DNA of 64,000 nt from Myxococcota bacterium. Lineage in GTDB: Bacteria; Myxococcota_A; JAVEVO01. A program made the position numbers and the translations under genes. Shown here one piece after another: positions 59,894-64,000 of the stretch. The notes beneath the pieces were generated by a model, which searched no databases, was not told the DNA's origin, and saw nothing but the letters and a program-made list of their open reading frames with translations. Positions within the stretch are counted from its first letter, which is position 1. Every line of letters begins with the position of its first letter. The stretch spans positions 2,125 to 66,124 of the forward strand of contig JAVEVO010000007.1 in NCBI GenBank assembly GCA_034005005.1. Direction: 5' to 3'.

Positions 59894-62809
59894 TCAGCGG
59901 GCCGTGAAGGCCCCCGGGAGGACCGCCTGCTCGCCGTCGCCGTTGGTCAGCACGAGATCGTGGGTGCCGGGAGGCAGCCCCGGGGAGACGCAGCGCAGCC
60001 GGTTCCAGCCGGTCCGCTGGCAGCTCAGGGCCTGCTCCCCGAGGTGGAGCACGCAGGGCGGCACGAGGCCGGCGACCTCGACGGTCAGCTCCTCGCCCCC
60101 CGTAGCGGCACCAGCCTCCGGCGTCAGGAGGCGGAGCTGGAGCGGGAAGCAGCGCCCCGGCGTGGGATCCCCGTTCTGCCAGATCGTCGGGAACAGCCCG
60201 AGCCGGGCAGCCGAGCGTCCCTGGCCGGACTCGGCCAGGTCGACCTCCCCGGGCTCCCCGGTCTCGTCGAGGAGCTGGCTGTCGTTCGCCTCGCCGTAGA
60301 TCACGGCGTCGAGGGGCAGATCGGCCAGGGGGTCCCGCGGGTCGAACAGGGCGATCCCATCTGCGGGAGAGCCGCCGTTTTGCAGATCGGGCTCGAAATC
60401 GTGCAGCAGGTCGTAGACCGGCGCGCCGTTGCGCTCCTCGCTGCTCGGACCGCCGATCACGATGCAGCCGGAGGGGGGGATCTCCCCGCTGAGCCGGGCC
60501 GTCCCGTAGGTGTAGTCCGCACCGCCGTAGCCGAGGGTCAGGCCGACGAGGGAGAGGGGGAGCGCACCAGGGTTGTAAAGTTCCACCCACTCCCAGGCCT
60601 CGTCCGACCCGAAATGATCGTAGTAGACCTCGCTGAGCAAGGGCCCCACGGGCCCCACCTCGACGCTGGCCTCACCCGTGAGGCTCCCCTCCACGCCGAG
60701 CAGCTCGAGGGTGAAGCGCCCTCCCGGCCCCGGCTCGAACACGACGGAGCCATCCTCGGCCCCCGGGCCGTCGACCTGCGCGAGGAGGACGCCATCCGGT
60801 CCCCGCAGCAGGACCCGGTAAGTGCCGCTGGTCTGCCAGGTGGCCAGGACCGGCTCGCCGGCCAGCGCGAACGGCGGGTCCAGGCCGAACTGCAGCAGCC
60901 GGACGGGGCCGGGCGGTCCCACGAGGACCTCCAGGCTCTGCTCCACGGCCTGCAGCTCGCCCACGGCCACGAGCCGGTAGCGCGTCGTGCGGACCGGGGT
61001 GACGGCGAGCTCCCCGACGAGCTCCGCGGTGCGGAGCAACTGGACCCCCGGCGCGCCCTCTTCCCAGAGCAACAGCTCCGCGGCCCGCTCGACCTCCCAG
61101 GAGAGGGTGACCCAGCCGCCGGGGACCACCGCGGCCGGGACCGCGGAGAACGCCAGGATCGCCGGCGGCGGCACGACGATCACCTCCTGCTCGGCCTGGG
61201 CCAGCCCACCGACTCCCTGCGCCTGCAGCAAGAAGCGGGTCGTCTCGGCCGGCCGCCAGCGAAACTCGCCGGTAGAGGGCAGCGGCCCCGGCGTGAGCGG
61301 CCGCTCCCCGGCGAAGAGCTGCACCGTCGCCCCCTCCTCCACCCGCCAGCGCAGCACCGTCTCGTCGCCGGGCGCCAGCCGCGCAGGTAGGAGGCTGAAC
61401 TCGTAGATCTCCGGGGGGTCGATCACCCCGACCTCGACCGTGGCCAGGTCCTCCCCGCCGAGCCCGAGCGCGAGCAGGTCGAAGCGGGTCGGCGCCGTGA
61501 CCGGGATGTCGCTGCTCCCCTGGGGCGGCGACAGGCCGTCGACCTCCAGCCCGTTGGCGTACAAGCGCAGGGCCTCGGCCCCGGTCACCTGCCAGGTCAG
61601 CCGCACGCTCGCGCCGGGCGCGACACGCGACGGCTCGGCCTGCCAGACCAGGATCTCGGGCGGCGGCGGGATGGTCACCACGACCTCCTGCCGGACCTCG
61701 CCCCCGGGCCCGCGCGCCGTGAGGGAGTAGGTCGTGGTGGCAGGCGGCAGGACGTCCAGCGCACCCCGGGGCGGGAAGGTGACCGGGAAGGGGGCCCACG
61801 GCTCCTCGGCCAGCCTCACCTCGGCCGCAGCGAGGACGTCCCAGGTGAGGTGCGCGCCGGTCACCGCCGAGGTGACCTCCGGGGTCGCGGTGAAGAGCTG
61901 CACCGTGGGTGGGGGCAGCACGTCGAGGAGCAGCCGCGCCTCGGCGGCGCCCCCCGGACCCTGGACCAGCAGGCGGCAGAGGGTCGGACCGGTCGGGGTC
62001 ACCTGGCGGCTGCCCGTGCGGGGCAACCGCTCCTCCTCCAGGCCGAGCCCCTCACACCGGAGCGCGCGCTGCTCGGCCTCGTCCGTGACCCAGGCGAGGG
62101 TGCTGCCCTGCCCGGCGGCCACGACCGGGGGCGAGGCCGAAAAGGAGTGGATGCGGGGAGGGAGGAAGACCTCCAGCAGCCGGGTGACGACGGTGTGGCC
62201 GCCGATCCCCTCGCCGTCGAGCTGGAGCAGCAACGGCTGCCGTACGACCAGCCGCCGCTCGCCCTGCGGGGGGACGACCGTCGCGGGGAGGCCCTCGCCC
62301 GTGAGGACCAGAAGCTGGGCCCCCTCGGAGGTCCAGCGCACGGTGACCGGGTCTCCGGGCCGGACCCGCTCCGGTTGCACCTGGAGCTGCAGGACGGGCG
62401 GCGCGTGGACGGTCAGCCGCCGGTCGATCCGGACCCGGCCCCCCGGCCCGCGCCCTTCGAGGGAGTAGGTCTGGGAGCGCGCGGCGACCACCGCCCGGCT
62501 TCCTTGCAGGGGCAGCCGGCCGAGCTTCCCCTCGAGCTCCGTGGTGAGGGTCAGCTCGTCGATCCCGGCGGTGCGCCAGCTCAGCCAGACCTCGGCGCCG
62601 ACCCCCGTCTCGCCGGGATCGACGGAGAACTCGAGGAACGGCGCGGTCACCTCCCCGAGATCCGGCCCCTCCGGCGCGCCGGACTCCCGCGTGGCCTTGG
62701 CGCAGCCTCCGGCCAGGAGCAGCGCGAGGAGCAGCAGGACCCCGCGCCCCACGGCCGGAGGTCGACGGACGCTGGCAAGCGGGCGGCTCATGGGAGGGGG
62801 CTGCTCCAA
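59894..62809 (-). CDS. large secreted/lipoprotein with about 8 Ig-like repeats, a lamin-tail domain and a C-terminal IPT/TIG-like domain
   Basis: ORF track. Signal GVLLLLALLLAGGC. Recurrent motif of the form ..L.W......L.L every ~85 aa. LTD-like LLSEVYYDHFGSDEAWEWVELYNPGALPLSLVGLTL. C-terminal GGEELTVEVAG...LVLTNGDGEQAVLPGAFT. Confidence 0.75.
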   Translation of the reverse strand: MEQPPPMSRPLASVRRPPAVGRGVLLLLALLLAGGCAKATRESGAPEGPDLGEVTAPFLEFSVDPGETGVGAEVWLSWRTAGIDELTLTTELEGKLGRLPLQGSRAVVAARSQTYSLEGRGPGGRVRIDRRLTVHAPPVLQLQVQPERVRPGDPVTVRWTSEGAQLLVLTGEGLPATVVPPQGERRLVVRQPLLLQLDGEGIGGHTVVTRLLEVFLPPRIHSFSASPPVVAAGQGSTLAWVTDEAEQRALRCEGLGLEEERLPRTGSRQVTPTGPTLCRLLVQGPGGAAEARLLLDVLPPPTVQLFTATPEVTSAVTGAHLTWDVLAAAEVRLAEEPWAPFPVTFPPRGALDVLPPATTTYSLTARGPGGEVRQEVVVTIPPPPEILVWQAEPSRVAPGASVRLTWQVTGAEALRLYANGLEVDGLSPPQGSSDIPVTAPTRFDLLALGLGGEDLATVEVGVIDPPEIYEFSLLPARLAPGDETVLRWRVEEGATVQLFAGERPLTPGPLPSTGEFRWRPAETTRFLLQAQGVGGLAQAEQEVIVVPPPAILAFSAVPAAVVPGGWVTLSWEVERAAELLLWEEGAPGVQLLRTAELVGELAVTPVRTTRYRLVAVGELQAVEQSLEVLVGPPGPVRLLQFGLDPPFALAGEPVLATWQTSGTYRVLLRGPDGVLLAQVDGPGAEDGSVVFEPGPGGRFTLELLGVEGSLTGEASVEVGPVGPLLSEVYYDHFGSDEAWEWVELYNPGALPLSLVGLTLGYGGADYTYGTARLSGEIPPSGCIVIGGPSSEERNGAPVYDLLHDFEPDLQNGGSPADGIALFDPRDPLADLPLDAVIYGEANDSQLLDETGEPGEVDLAESGQGRSAARLGLFPTIWQNGDPTPGRCFPLQLRLLTPEAGAATGGEELTVEVAGLVPPCVLHLGEQALSCQRTGWNRLRCVSPGLPPGTHDLVLTNGDGEQAVLPGAFTAR

Positions 62810-62981
62810 GGTGCTCTCGGCGTACGGACACGCGTGAGCCCAACATACCTCCTCGCCAGGTCCGGATCAAATCCCCGGACGACAGGTCCCGCGGCCCCAC
62901 GAAGGGGCTGGCGCCGGGGCGCGACTGCTGCGAGAATGAAGGCCTTGATCGCTGCCGTCGGGTAGCAGGCGAGGTGCGAGC

Positions 62982-64000
62982 GTGCGCAGGCAGAATCCCC
63001 CCCTCGACCACGGCTGGGGCGGCCGGCTCCTCCTGCTGCTTCTGCTGCTGCTGTCCGCGTCCAGCGCCGCGGCCGAAGAGCCGGCGGCGCTCGACGGCCG
63101 GATCGTCGAGATCGACCCGGAGCGCGGCGCGGCCCTCCTCGACCTGACCGCCATGCAGGTGCAGCCAGGGCTGTTCGTCGAGGTCATCCGCGAAGAGGAC
63201 GAGGGCCTGGTCGTGCTGGCGCGCGGGCGGATCGTCGCGGTGACCCCGGGCAGCTCCACCCTCTCCCTGACCTGGCTCGACCCCGAGCTGGACCCGCCCG
63301 AGCTGGGCGACCGCGTGACGGTCTATCTGGCGCCCCCGTCCTGGGCGGGCCCCGCCGATCAGGAGGCCCCCACCTCGCGGGCCCGCATCGACTCCGCCCC
63401 CCGGGAGGTCGGCTGGGGGGTCGCGGCGGAGCCCCTCTCCGAAGAAGCGCCCGACGCGCCAGCGGCAGAGGCCGGGAGCGGGGACCTGGTCTCCCTGTCC
63501 TTCGGCGGGCTGGGCCGCTTCGTCACCGCCCTGAAGAGCGCCCCGGACGAGGCGCCCTCCGGGGAGGCCGGCATGTGGGGGCCGGGGGGCGCCGGGGGCC
63601 TGCTGCTCCAGGGCCGCTTCTGGCGCTACCTCGGCCTGGAGACCGGGGCGCTGCTCCACTACAGCCGCATCGGCAAGACCACCACGGTGCCGGAGAGCTA
63701 CCCCGGCGAGCCGGCGCCCGTCGCCACCGACTACACCCCAACGATCGAGGCCCTGGATCTGCGCATCCCCATCCACCTCCAGGCGGTGATCCCGGTCGGC
63801 TCCGTGCGGCTGCTCTTCGCCTTCGGCCCCGAGCTCTCCATCGGGCTCGTCGGCCGGGCGCTGCTGAACGTGACGACCCCGGGACGCGAGCTGACGGGCG
63901 CGGCGCGGCAGCAGTGGATCGCCAACATCGAGACGCTGCAGTCTCGGTACGACGGCGCCGCGGCCAATCAGTTCTTCCTCGGCGGCGGGATCGGCCTGGA
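62982..64000 (+). CDS. secreted protein of unknown function, 3' end outside the window
   Basis: Absent from the ORF track (no stop in the window). GTG at 62982 after GAGGTG. Manual translation gives VRRQNPPLDHGWGGRLLLLLLLLLSASSAAAEEPAALDGRIVEIDP... with high G/C at third positions. The later part has alternating beta-strand-like segments (LDLRIPIHLQAVIPVGSVRLLFAFGPELSIG). Confidence 0.65.
   Translation, partial: MRRQNPPLDHGWGGRLLLLLLLLLSASSAAAEEPAALDGRIVEIDPERGAALLDLTAMQVQPGLFVEVIREEDEGLVVLARGRIVAVTPGSSTLSLTWLDPELDPPELGDRVTVYLAPPSWAGPADQEAPTSRARIDSAPREVGWGVAAEPLSEEAPDAPAAEAGSGDLVSLSFGGLGRFVTALKSAPDEAPSGEAGMWGPGGAGGLLLQGRFWRYLGLETGALLHYSRIGKTTTVPESYPGEPAPVATDYTPTIEALDLRIPIHLQAVIPVGSVRLLFAFGPELSIGLVGRALLNVTTPGRELTGAARQQWIANIETLQSRYDGAAANQFFLGGGIGL

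Overview
Very GC-rich chromosomal segment; I did not compute GC, but third codon positions are almost all G/C. The gene content suggests a Myxococcota-like organism (inference only). It includes three Hanks-type Ser/Thr kinases plus PrkA, many lipoproteins, Pro-rich linkers and OmpA/TonB envelope modules. I support about 50 CDS and one tRNA-Leu(CAG), which has a clear promoter and terminator. Housekeeping genes are yebC-ruvC-ruvA-ruvB, cysK, a glutamate dehydrogenase, a stand-alone EF-G paralogue, a thiolase and a cobB-type sirtuin. Accessory-looking blocks: (1) two kinase-headed envelope operons, 5951-10776 and 11847-17381. The second carries a TldD/PmbA-like pair without the HExxxH metal site. 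(2) A lipoprotein / DUF362 / polyferredoxin module, 18825-22687. (3) A polysaccharide locus with a Wzy/O-antigen-ligase-like protein and three GT4 glycosyltransferases. It converges on an operon for a short OPX (Wza-like) protein, a Cys-rich (Gly-Glu)n lipoprotein and TonB-ExbD-ExbB, 43946-47756. (4) A B12/radical-SAM protein, an M48 peptidase and a sirtuin. (5) A 971-aa surface protein with Ig-like repeats, a lamin-tail domain and an IPT/TIG domain. Non-genic structure: two copies of a 211-bp MITE-like element, each with its own 10-bp target-site duplication. There is also a REP-like intergenic repeat family at 3-4 gene ends, plus several in-frame and intergenic tandem arrays. RuvC, and probably TonB, lack any in-frame ATG/GTG/TTG start that would include conserved N-terminal residues. 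In both, an in-frame CTG sits at the junction with the upstream gene. I saw no CRISPR array, rRNA, transposase, integrase or phage genes. All family calls rest on motif recognition by eye; no searches were run. Many long ORFs in the track are antisense or out-of-frame shadows typical of high-GC DNA.
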